Positions 13,810-25,800 of a stretch of 64,000 nucleotides of DNA are shown here, in pieces. Source of the DNA: Macrostomum lignano (lineage: Eukaryota). Location of the stretch: NCBI GenBank assembly GCA_002269645.1, contig NIVC01002664.1:1-64000 (forward strand), in the 5' to 3' direction. The notes beneath the pieces were generated by a model. The model was not told the origin of the DNA. It saw only the letters and a list, made by a program, of their open reading frames with translations, and did not search any database. Numbering within the stretch: position 1 is the stretch's first letter; every line of letters starts with the position of its first letter. Both the position numbers and the translations under genes were made by a program.

Positions 13810-14099
13810 TTTAATATAATATAATTGATAATAATTGATTACAACTACCCTAATAGGCAGGTGTGCAGCCGAAATCTGAAGGCTGCGTACGGCTGTTCAA
13901 TCCAAGGACTGGGGGGTCGCCACACACACCCTCAATTACCCCAGCTAATGCTGGCACCCATTTTACAGCTGGGTGAACTGAAGCAATGCAGAGTCAAGTG
14001 TCTTGCTCAAGGACACAAATTGTTCCGAGTGGGTCGAAAATCGAACCCCCGACCTTCCAGTGGTGAGTCCGACGCTCTAACCACTAGGCTACAACCGCC
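13810..14099 (-). mobile_element. tRNA-derived SINE, family B, with a CORE/Meta-like central domain
   Basis: Minus strand: GGCGGTTGTAGCCTAGTGGTTAGAGCG (A box), GGTTCGATT (B box), then tgtgtccttgagcaagacactt...cccagctgtaaaatgggt, then an AT-rich tail. Confidence 0.8.
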
Positions 14100-14886
14100 T
14101 TAAAATGGTCTATGTTCTATGACCAAATCCATGAATCAAATATGGATGAGATTCTCGATTCTGATGAGGCGCCTGCATCATTAAATTTCAGTGCTCGCAG
14201 AAACTGGGCCGCAAAAATATTGCTTATGTCAAATTGAGCAGTGATTTGGTCTTGCCCATAGACATAGACATATACGGAAACGGAAACCAATTTGAGCATT
14301 TGGCCATAGACATCGGTACAAAGAATGCCAGCAGCAGCCTCTCTCATAGAAGTTGGCTTCTGTTTAATGATGTCGTGAGTTGACAGTCGGTACTATCAAA
14401 TGAATTTCACATCCGTGATGATTGACTTGGATTGCACAGCTGTAGTGAACATGCTATAATTCAACGACTTCAGCAGGGTCTTCAGTAAGGACTTAAGTAA
14501 AAACTCAAAAACTTCAAAAAGGATTTAAGAAGCTTAAAAATCCGACCATTAACTCTTGAAACTTGATTTTTCTTTTCAATGATTTTACATGCAAAAAAAT
14601 CATAAATTTTTGCTTCATTGAAATTAATTTAGATACTCAACAAAGCAGCCGCACTCAGGTAAAAATACCTAATTATACTTTCTTTGTTGCCTTTGAACTC
14701 GCTGCACTGCTTTTGAGCACCATTAATGAGTCCAACTGGCAAGAGATTATAAAGTAAAAAAACTGTTCGAATCTTATGCCCGGGATTGCCAAAAATCGGT
14801 TACTGAACAGGAAATATATTGGACTGAATATCTATATCAGTCCAATCTATCTATATCCAATATATATATCCAATATATATATCCAA

Positions 14887-15250
<364 letters not shown>

Positions 15251-15644
15251 GATCTACGTATTTCTCTTACTGTCTGTTTGAGTCGGCAGTAATACAAAAA
15301 GAACAAAGGGCTGCTACATTTTTTAATTGCTGCAGTGAAAAGCAAAAACGTCTGGGTGAATGGAAAGCGGATTCCGCGGCAGTCGCTTGTTTGACATCCG
15401 GAATCAGGCACAAAAGCAAGAGGCCCAAGCGAGTTCAGTAGGTAATGATGAAGGTCAGGAAAGCAGAGGCAGAATTTTTGGCTGCCTTTTTTAACAAATG
15501 TTTTGATCAGTGGAAATGAAAAATGCTTCAACTTTTGGCAGGTAATAGGGGTACAGCACTAACCAGCTTTGGAAAAACAGCATAGTTTTCCGGATTGCAG
15601 AACTAAGAGTGGGAATGTCTGTCCTACTGTGTACTCTCCTACAC

Positions 15645-16435
15645 ACAGAATCATGCAGTGATAATCACACATAGAACACACATAATCATGCAGTGATAAT
15701 CACACATATAACACACATAATCATGCAGTGATAATCACACATAGAACACACAGAATCATGCAATGATAATCACACATAGAACATACATAATCATGCAGTG
15801 ATAATCACACATAGAACACACAGAATCATGCAATCATAATCACACATAGAACATACATAATCATGCAGTGATAATCACACATAGAACATACATAATCATG
15901 CAGTGATAATCACACATAGAACACACATAATCATGCAGTGATAATCACACATAGAACACACATAATCATGCAGTGATAATCACACATGGAACACACAGAA
16001 TCATGCAGTGATAATCACACATAGAACATACATAATCATGCAGTGATAATCACACATAGAACATACATAATCATGCAGTGATAATCACACATATAACACA
16101 CATAATCATGCAGTGATAATCACACATAGAACACACAGAATCATGCAATGATAATCACACATAGAACATACATAATCATGCAGTGATAATCACACATAGA
16201 ACACACAGAATCATGCAGTGATAATCACACATAGAACACACAGAGAATCATGCAGTGATAATCACACATATAACACACATAATCATGCAGTGATAATCAC
16301 ACATAGAACACACAGAATCATGCAATGATAATCACACATAGAACATACATAATCATGCAGTGATAATCACACATAGAACACACAGAATCATGCAATCATA
16401 ATCACACATAGAACATACTCGTACATAATCATGCA
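15645..16435. repeat. 35-bp minisatellite (ataatcatgcagtgataatcacacatagaacacac)
   Basis: Period 35, e.g. 15661 vs 15696. Confidence 0.96.
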
Positions 16436-17307
16436 GAGATAAGAGAATCATGCATTTTTCATCACATAGGCAAATCCCGGTAAATATTCGTGCTCAACAC
16501 TCAAATTAATTTGCAGTGCACGGAATTGAACCACCAGAGGTTGTGGCCTGAGATTCAGTCGTTTTTGCCGTTCATGTTCATTATTACACAAACATGTAAT
16601 AATTAGTCAATAATATTTCTTGCAATCAATTTTTTCTTTACAAACTCCAAGAGAAGCCATTAGCGAGAAAAAATGAACTTTCATTTACAATTCGGAGCTG
16701 CCCAGCGACTAAGCAAAATGAAATAAAAGTAAAAAAGTTCAGTTAAGAGCAATTAGCAGCTCACTGGCTATTCAGAGTCGGGTAGACTCTTGCCTAATGA
16801 AAACATCCTAATCATATAGAATATCTGGCCCCAAGGCTTCCCCCTGCTCAAACTAGTTTGATTTATTCAGAGTGCGAGAGAAAGCACTATTCCCGGGACA
16901 CGCTTGGTAGTAAATTAAGTTCGCAGTTCTGGGGGGAGGTTCTGGGGGGAGAACCGGATGACCTGGAGGGGCTGCTGCTCTGTGAGAGGCATTCCTGACA
17001 GTTGCTTAATCCTTCTCTTCTTGCTGACAGAAACTCGGAGGGATGAACTCAAAAAATTCGATTTCGCATCGAGGTCAGAAATTCAAGGTCTTCTTTTCAT
17101 AAAAAATCGAAAAATGAAGATTATAGAAATACCCGGATAAGCTGTGCCATCCTGAGCGAAGTCGCTGAGTCCGGTGTGTTTTTACTTTTGGTAAGTTTAT
17201 ATTTTCCAATTTCGATATTGAAGCTTTGCTAGCTAGCTGGATTCAAAAATTGTCGAGGCACGAATCTATTGGACTTGAGTAGGAGGGTTTGGACAGCTGG
17301 AGTTCAC

Positions 17308-18345
17308 CTAGGAGGGGTTGGGGCAGGGAGGGAGGCGGCTGCGGTTTAATTAGGAGGGGTTGGGGCAGGGAGGGAGGCGGCTGCGGTTTAATGAGGAGGG
17401 GTTGGGGCAGGGAGGGAGGCGGCTGTGGTTTAATGAGGAGGGGTTGGGGCAGGGAGGGAGGCGGCTGTGGTTTAATGAGGAGGGGTTGGGGCAGGGAGGG
17501 AGGCAGCTGCGGTTTAATTAGGAGGGGTTGGGGCAGGGAGGGAGGCGGCTGCGGTTTAATTAGGAGGGGTTGGGGCAGGGAGGGAGGCGGCTGTGGTTTA
17601 ATGAGGAGGGGTTGGGGCAGGGAGGGAGGCGGCTGCGGTTTAATTGGGAGGGCTTGGACAGGGAGACAGAGGCAGCTGCGGTTTAATTAGGAGGGGTTGG
17701 GGCAGGGAGGGAGGCGGCTGCGGTTTAATTGGGAGGGGTTGGGGCAGGGAGGGAGGCGGCTGCGGTTTAATGAGGAGGGGTTGGGGCAGGGAGGGAGGCG
17801 GCTGTGGTTTAATGAGGAGGGGTTGGGGCAGGGAGGGAGGCGGCTGCGGTTTAATTGGGAGGGCTTGGGGCAGGGAGGGAGGCGGCTGCGGTTTAATTGG
17901 GAGGGGTTGGGGCAGGGAGGGAGGCGGCTGCGGTTTAATTGGGAGGGGTTGGGGCAGGGAGGGAGGCGGCTGCGGTTTAATTAGGAGGGGTTGGGGCAGG
18001 GAGGGAGGCAGCTGCGGTTTAATGAGGAGGGGTTGGGGCAGGGAGGGAGGCGGCTGCGGTTTAATTAGGAGGGGTTGGGGCAGGGAGGGAGGCGGCTGCG
18101 GTTTAATTAGGAGGGGTTGGGGCAGGGAGGGAGGCGGCTGCGGTTTAATTGGGAGGGCTTGGACAGGGAGACAGAGGCAGCTGCGGTTTAATGAGGAGGG
18201 GTTGGGGCAGGGAGGGAGGCGGCTGCGGTTTAATTAGGAGGGGTTGGGGCAGGGAGACAGAGGCAGCTGCGGTTTAATTAGGAGGGGTTGGGGCAGGGAG
18301 GGAGGCAGCTGCGGTTTAATTAGGAGGGGTTGGGGCAGGGAGGGT
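17308..18345. repeat. 42-bp G-rich minisatellite (aggaggggttggggcagggagggaggcggctgcggtttaatt)
   Basis: 14-aa periodic ORFs; four G3-G4 runs per unit. Confidence 0.97.
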
Positions 18346-18456
18346 GAAAGGCAGGTGGGGTTTTGGAGAGGATAGTGAGACATCTTGAGGAGTACATAAG
18401 GGATCGAGGGAAGAATGTATCAATGAGTAATTGCTGTTTATTGCTATGAGCCAGTG

Positions 18457-19467
18457 CTAGAACTCGGTGTCCACCGTCTCAGGTCCTACTGTGGCGGCTG
18501 AAGCTGTTTTTAGCAGGCGCCCGCCGCAGGTGAGCACGCGGCGCATTCGAATTCGCAGTCTGCGCACGCCAGCTAAGTAGACTGGCGCGTTGGCGCACGA
18601 GTTGACGGTCACCAGGAAGCTGCTAGCGACCTGCAGCGGCGAGTTGAGCTCGTATTGAATGCCGGGCGCCAGCGAGCCGATGAGGTAGTAGAACGAATCC
18701 AGTGCGAATGTCGTCCCGAATAGCAATGTCGCCACCACGGCAGTTCTGGTGAGTTCCATGGCCGACCGACCGCTAGGCGTGGCCCTGACCGCGGCCACCA
18801 CTCGAGCTTGCATAGTTGTCATGGCAACCATCGGGCCAAGGTAGACGCCGATAAACCAGAGCAGCGAGTGGCCCATGAGCAGGCTGTCCATGGTGGCGGA
18901 CCGGATGGCCGGCTCGCCGGTCCTGCAGGCGCCGATGTCGAAGTCGTAGCGGACGTAGAAAGCGGTGGGCAGGGCGAAGACCACGGCGGCCAGGTAGATG
19001 GCGACCATCTGGCCGGCCAGGCCGCAGCGGGCCGCCGCCCTGGATCGGTAGCTGATGGGCCTGACCACCGCGGAGAATCTCTCCCAGTTGATAAGCAGCA
19101 GGTTGCCAACTCCCACAGCCACAATGGCCCAATAGACGGTCTGCGTGTGCCACAGGTAGCACAGGGCCGGGCCGCCCTGGTCAAGCAGGTCGGGCAGCCA
19201 GCCGGGCGAGTACAGCAGGCAGAGGAGGCACACGATCGAGTCGACGCCGAACTGGTGCGCTAGCAGACGGCCAGCCACCCGATTTGAAGCTCCACCGAAG
19301 CGACCGCCGCCCGGCAGCAGTGTGGCGGCCAGGCAGAGCCAGTTCAAAGCCAGACCAACGGCTATGAGCAGAGCTCGACAGGCCAACAGAAAGGTTTCTA
19401 CTGGACTGGAAGCAACAGCTTGCTGGCTGTTGACCGTTTCGTTCGTCGCATTGTCTCGAAGCTCCAT
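18457..19467 (-). CDS. Rhodopsin-family (class A) GPCR, intronless, 336 aa
   Basis: Seven TM segments; ERF motif (INWERFSAVVRPISY), ECL2 Cys, TM7 NSCANAPVY, N-glycosylation sequons in the N-terminus (NAT, NET). Confidence 0.92.
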   Translation of the reverse strand: MELRDNATNETVNSQQAVASSPVETFLLACRALLIAVGLALNWLCLAATLLPGGGRFGGASNRVAGRLLAHQFGVDSIVCLLCLLYSPGWLPDLLDQGGPALCYLWHTQTVYWAIVAVGVGNLLLINWERFSAVVRPISYRSRAAARCGLAGQMVAIYLAAVVFALPTAFYVRYDFDIGACRTGEPAIRSATMDSLLMGHSLLWFIGVYLGPMVAMTTMQARVVAAVRATPSGRSAMELTRTAVVATLLFGTTFALDSFYYLIGSLAPGIQYELNSPLQVASSFLVTVNSCANAPVYLAGVRRLRIRMRRVLTCGGRLLKTASAATVGPETVDTEF

Positions 19468-19844
19468 CGTTCATCAGAGTCTGCTTTCTCTCACGCACAA
19501 TTTTCTTTCAAACCGCTCACTTTTTTACTATCAAATTCAGGGCAGAGTTAGTCGGGTCGTGCGCTGTTTCTCAATCAGTTGCCATGGTTAACAAACTGGA
19601 GGCAAACAGATTTTTTGAATGCATTTTATTTGTTCCTTTCTGGTCCTCGGTACAGACAGGCCCAGCAGGGAAGGATATGAGCTGTATGTCTTCCAAGCTC
19701 AACCCAGCCTCCTGGTAAGTCTTCTTCAGCCAGGTCATGTAGCTGGCACGTTCGTTTGTTGAGTTAGCAAATGCAAAATTTATGCAGAAAGTCATCATAT
19801 CAGTGTAAGACTTGTCTATTTTTAATCTAGCTAGTGTAATACTC

Positions 19845-20820
19845 AGACGGCATCAACCTGTCTCCTCAGACAGCGTCAACCTGTCTCCTCAGACAGCATC
19901 AACCTGTCTCCTCAGACAGCGTCAACCTGTCTCCTCAGACAGCATCAACCTGTCTCCTCAGACAGCATCAACCTGTCTCCTCAGACAGAATCAACCTGTC
20001 TCCTCAGACAGCATCAACCTGTCTCCTCAGACAGCATCAACCTGTCTCCTCAGACAGAATCAACCTGTCTCCTCAGACAGCATCAACCTGTCTCCTCAGA
20101 CAGCATCAACCTGTCTCCTCAGACAGCATCAACCTGTCTCCTCAGACAGCGTCAACCTGTCTCCTCAGACAGCGTCAACCTGTCTCCTCAGACAGCGTCA
20201 ACCTGTCTCCTCAGACAGCGTCAACCTGTCTCCTCAGACAGCGTCAACCTGTCTCCTCAGACAGCGTCAACCTGTCTCCTCAGACAGCGTCAACCTGTCT
20301 CCTCAGACAGCGTCAACCTGTCTCCTCAGACAGCGTCAACCTGTCTCCTCAGACAGCGTCAACCTGTCTCCTCAGACAGCATCAACCTGTCTCCTCAGAC
20401 AGCATCAACCTGTCTCCTCAGACAGCGTCAACCTGTCTCCTCAGACAGCGTCAACCTGTCTCCTCAGACAGCGTCAACCTGTCTCCTCAGACAGCATCAA
20501 CCTGTCTCCTCAGACAGCGTCAACCTGTCTCCTCAGACAGCATCAACCTGTCTCCTCAGACAGCGTCAACCTGTCTCCTCAGACAGCGTCAACCTGTCTC
20601 CTCAGACAGCGTCAACCTGTCTCCTCAGACAGCGTCAACCTGTCTCCTCAGACAGCGTCAACCTGTCTCCTCAGACAGCATCAACCTGTCTCCTCAGACA
20701 GCGTCAACCTGTCTCCTCAGACAGCATCAACCTGTCTCCTCAGACAGCGTCAACCTGTCTCCTCAGACAGCATCAACCTGTCTCCTCAGACAGCGTCAAC
20801 CTGTCTCCTCAGACAGCATC
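19845..20820. repeat. 23-bp minisatellite (cagacagcgtcaacctgtctcct)
   Basis: The ORF 19812..20915 has a 23-aa (3 x 23 bp) period. Confidence 0.97.
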
Positions 20821-21317
20821 ATGCCGCTATAAGAGCTATACTCTGTGAGCGTGCGTCCGTGTGGCAGCCTACCAGCCAACAGAAGCATATGGATTCAGCT
20901 GGCCTAAGTTCATAGCTATCAGTGTACAGCACAACTCGCACTGCTTTGCTTATATGTACACCTTTCTATAGTTAGATAGAGCAATGTCAAGCGTACGCTC
21001 GAAGAACAGAAACAGCCTTGCACTGCACAATTTGAACTCCGTTCGCACTTTCAAAGGCTGCACTGCACAAGCAAATCTTATTCAGGTGCGAGGCCAGATA
21101 AATAAGATAACTTGCACAGGCAGACACACCTAACAAGTGCAACTAAAAAAATATTGTCAGAATTTTCTACGCAAAGAAATAAAATGCATTGCTTGCATTC
21201 AACAACACTAAAGTCGGCCTTCTCCAGACTGAAGCTTCTACCTGGAAGGTGGTGCCATCGTTTTTTCAGTAGAAGGTGAATTAATTTATTATGTAGATTG
21301 ACTTCTGATTGAAGCCA

Positions 21318-21690
21318 CATTCCAGACCCCATCCCAGACCCCATCCCAGACCCCATCCCAGACCCCATCCCAGACCCCATCCCAGACCCCATCCCAGACC
21401 CCATCCCAGACCCCATCCCAGACCCCATCCCAGACCCCATCCCAGACCCCATCCCAGACCCCATCCCAGACCCCATCCCAGACCCCATCCCAGACCCCAT
21501 CCCAGACCCCATCCCAGACCCCATCCCAGACCCCATCCTAGACCCCATCCCAGACTCCATCCCAGACCCCATCCCAGACCCCATCCCAGACTCCATCCCT
21601 GACCCCATCCCAGACCCCATCCCAGACCCCATCACTGACCCCATCCCAGACTCCATCCCTGACCCCATCCCTGACCCAATTCCAAACCTC
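21318..21690. repeat. 12-bp repeat (cccagaccccat)
   Basis: Direct reading; the GSGM and PRPH ORFs are artefacts. Confidence 0.96.
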
Positions 21691-22199
21691 AATACTGATC
21701 CCATTCCAGATTTAATCCCAATTCCACATTCCAGAATCCTTCTTCATCAATGATTTTCCAAAATCCTCGGCCACACTAAAGATTCCAACCCCCCTGGTCT
21801 GTTCCCTACCGCGGCTATTCCATCAATTCTTAGCTCTGCCAATCCTTGGTTTCCTATTTCCTATTCCCTGGCATCAGGTTAGGGTGCGCTATTCACGCAT
21901 CAGGTCATTAGTACATGGCAGACCCCAGCACCATAGGTGAGATTAGCAAAGCAAAAATCAACTGGCCAGCGCCCCCCCCCTCCCACCCAGGCCACCTGAT
22001 TTCTGTGGGCTGCAGATAGACTGAACGATTTATGAAAAATAAATATGGCAGCAGCCATTCCAGCTAGACCGAGACGGGACACGGCTGCAGAAGCCTTCGC
22101 GATGAAAGGTCTACTTGCCTATCAGCCATTCTCTGATAAGTTAATAGCTGAATAAATTCATAAACCATAATCAAGCATCTTTACTGTGCCGATCTCCCC

Positions 22200-22740
22200 A
22201 ACCCAATCCGCATCCCACCTGCATCCCACCCGCATGCCACCCGCATCTCACCTGCATCGCACCCGCATCCTACCTCTCCCTACTTCTCTCTACCTCTCTA
22301 CCTCTATCTCTCCCTATCCCTCCTACTTATCCTTACCTTTCCTTGCCTCTCCCTATCTCTCCCTACCTCTCTCTAACTCTCTCCACCTCTCCCTATCCCT
22401 CCCTAACTCTACCTGTCTCTACCTCTCCCTATCCCTCCCTAACTCTACCTGTCTCTACCTCTCCCTATCCCTCCCTAACTCTACCTGTCTCTACCTCTCC
22501 CTATCCCTCCCTAACTCTACCTGTCTCTACCTCTCCCTATCCCTCCCTAACTCTACCTGTCTCTACCTCTCCCTATCCCTCCCTACCTCTCTCTACCTCT
22601 CCCTACTTCTCTCTACCTCTTTCTACCCCTCTCTACCTCTCTCTACCTCTCCCTAACTCTCTCTACTTCTCTCTCCCTCTCTACATCTCCATAGCTCTCT
22701 CTAACTCTCCTTACCTCTCCCTACCTCTCCCTACCTTCGA
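22200..22740. repeat. CT-rich repeat with a 33-bp unit (ctacctctccctatccctccctaactctacctgtct-like)
   Basis: 11-aa periodic ORFs. Confidence 0.9.
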
Positions 22741-22815
22741 ATAAAAGTCTTCAATAGAAAGCAGCCTTGCAGCACTTTAATTGCTAGTGCTCGGAAACAA
22801 CCAATGAATTTCCAG

Positions 22816-25800
22816 TCTATCATCGGCATCGTCAAAGTCTTCAGCCTGGCACCGACCAGATGCCTCCGCCGCGGCGGCCGTCTCTGTGGACGAAGCTCGA
22901 CGCACCCTGTCGGTAACATGGCCGTCTTCTGCTCAAGGTTCGACTGCGAGTCACTGGGAAGCTGCCAGCCTGTTCCCATTGGCCTGGCTCAGGGACTCCT
23001 GCCAGTGCCCCACCTGCTTCAACCCCGCCACCAAGTCGCGTACACTGCACTTTAAAGACTTCAATCCCAGGGTGCCGGTGAGGTCGGCTTCGGTGAGTCA
23101 CTCTGAGTCAGGGACCACTTCAGTAGAACGGCGGGAAACCTGGTTTCTAAGAAAAGAATATTTAGAGGCTGGGTTTGCTAAAAAAACTTTTTTTGGTGAT
23201 TGGAAATTTAATATAGTTTTAATTTAAAGCAGATTTTTACCATTCCATTGATTTTTACACAGCTTTGTTTATAAATACGGGTAAAAATATATAGCAGCTA
23301 TCTCTGTCGACCAAATGTCCAAAGATTTGCTTTTCTGCATAGCGCTTAATGGGGTTTTGCCATGCGAAATGTCCTATCCCTCAGGGGGGAAATGTCCTAT
23401 CCCTCAGGGGGAATTGTCCTATCCCTCAGGGGGGAGATGTCCTATCCCTCAGGGGGAAATGTCCTATCCCTCAGGTGGGGAATGTCCTATCCCTCAGGGG
23501 GGAAATGTCCTATCCCTCAGGGGGGAAATGTCCTATCCCTCAGGGGCGAAATGTCCTATCCTTTGGGGGGGGATGTCCTATCCCTCAGGGGGAAATGTCC
23601 TATCCCTCAGGGGGGAAATGTCCTATCCCTCAGGGGGGAGATGTCCTATCCCTCAGGGGGGAAATGTCCTATCCCTCAGGTGGGGAATGTCCTATCCCTC
23701 AGGGGGGAAATGTCCTATCCCTCAGGGGGGAAATGTCCTATCCCTCAGGGGCGAAATGTCCTATCCTTTGGGGGGGGAATGTCCTATCCCTCAGCTCAGG
23801 GGGGGAATGTCCTATCCCTCAGGGGCGAAATGTCCTATCCTTTGGGGGGGGGAATGTCCTATCCCTCAGCTCAGGGGGGGAATGTCCTATCCCTCAGCTC
23901 AGGGGGGAATGTCCTATCCCTCAGCTCAGGGAGGGGGGTGAATGTCCTATCCCTCAGGGGGGAATGTCCTATCCCTCAGGGGGGAAATGTCTTATCCCTC
24001 AGGGGGAAAAGTCCTATCCATCACGGGGGAAAAGTCCTATTCCTCAGGGGAAAATGTCCTATCCCTCAGGGGGGAAATGTCCTATCCCTCAGGGGCGAAA
24101 TGTCTTATACCTCAGGGGGGTATGAATTAAATAAAAATAAATAAATAAAGCTTTGTCTACACAACTAAAGAAAATATAACTGAGTAAAATGCTTTCTATG
24201 CTAAATTTAAAGATTGGTAATCTTCACTGCCCCAGATCAAATGCAATCATTGATTGTGATAAAAATATTATTCTCATCGTCACAGTGTATTTTTTTCAGA
24301 AAATTGGTCTGCAATTTTTTATACTGTTATACTACAGTGGTCCTTGATCAGCTGTTATACTACAGTGGTCATTGATCAGCTGTTATACTACAGTGGTCCT
24401 TGATCAGCTGTTATACTACAGTGGTCCTTGATCAGCTGTTTTACTACAGTGGTCCTTGATCAGCTGTTATACTACAGTGGTCCTTGATCCTGTTATACTA
24501 CAGTGGTCCTTGATCAGCTGTTATACTACAGTGGTCCTTGATCAGCTGTTATACTACAGTGGTCCTTGATCAGCTGTTATACTACAGTGGTCCTTGATCC
24601 TGTTATACTACAGTGGTCCTTGATCCTGTTATACTACAGTGGTCCTTGATCCTGTTATACTACAGTGGTCCTTGATCAGCTGTTATACTACAGTGGTCCT
24701 TGAATGAAGCCTTAAAAGTAAAATCAGTTAATTCGTCTGTTCCTCGTATCTCCACGCACTATGCACACTACTAAGAACTGATTGGAAAGTAGTATTAAAA
24801 GAGTGTTACAATGTCAATCCCGCGCAGGTAAGCCCGGACTCGAGCACCCTGACGGTGGAGTGGCAGGACGGCCACCGGAGCAGCTACTCCCGGCAGTGGC
24901 TGCAGGTGCGCAGCTTCACCGAATCGGCCAGGCGGCGACGCGGCGAGGCGCTCGCCTTCACGGCGCGGAAGAAACAGTGGAGCCAGGAGCTGACTGAGTT
25001 TGACTACTCTGAGGTTAGAATCGGGGTTAACAAGTTCAACTTTACTGAATTCTATTTATAAATTATGACAAGTTGATCTTTCAAAGATTGTCCCTCTTTT
25101 TCATTAGAGACATAGGGAACTTTAAGCGACATTGTCACACAACCGGCGAGAGGCATTACTGCCCATTCCGCCGACTCCCCTGAGCAGGCACACAAGCGCG
25201 CGGATACGTACGCAGTCATACGCATAGGCAAACACTCACAAAGGAGTGTACAGCGGCCCTAACTTCATTTATCGTTAGGCATGTACACTTCACTGCGCCT
25301 TGGGGGTTGGCCCTCAAGGGCGTGATTGCTCGAGCAGAGCCAAGCCGAAATTCCAAATTCAGCCCCAAATAAATGTGACTGCACTTGGAATCGAGCCTGG
25401 GCCGCTGGCACATCACAGCGCCGCGCCAGACCACTGGGCTACGCCCCCCCCCCTAAGATTTTTTGTCAAATCAGTGCTCCTCCAAGTCTAGAAGTCCTTG
25501 AATCTAGAAAGAAACATCCTCCGAGTATCGAAGTCCTTGAATCTAGAGGGACATCCGATTTAAACTTGCACAATCTTCCTCGATGCAGCTGATGTCCAAG
25601 GACAGTGTTCTGCTGGAACTGCTGCACCACCTGGACTGCTTCGGCTGCTTGCTGGTGCGCCAATCGCCAACCGAGCTGGGTACCCTGCCGAAATTCGGTC
25701 AGCGATTAGCGGGCTTCCTAGCGCCTAGCAACTACGGTCACAGCTTCGAGGTGAAGTCCAAATCGGATCCGAGCAATGCCGCCTACACAAGCGGCTACCT

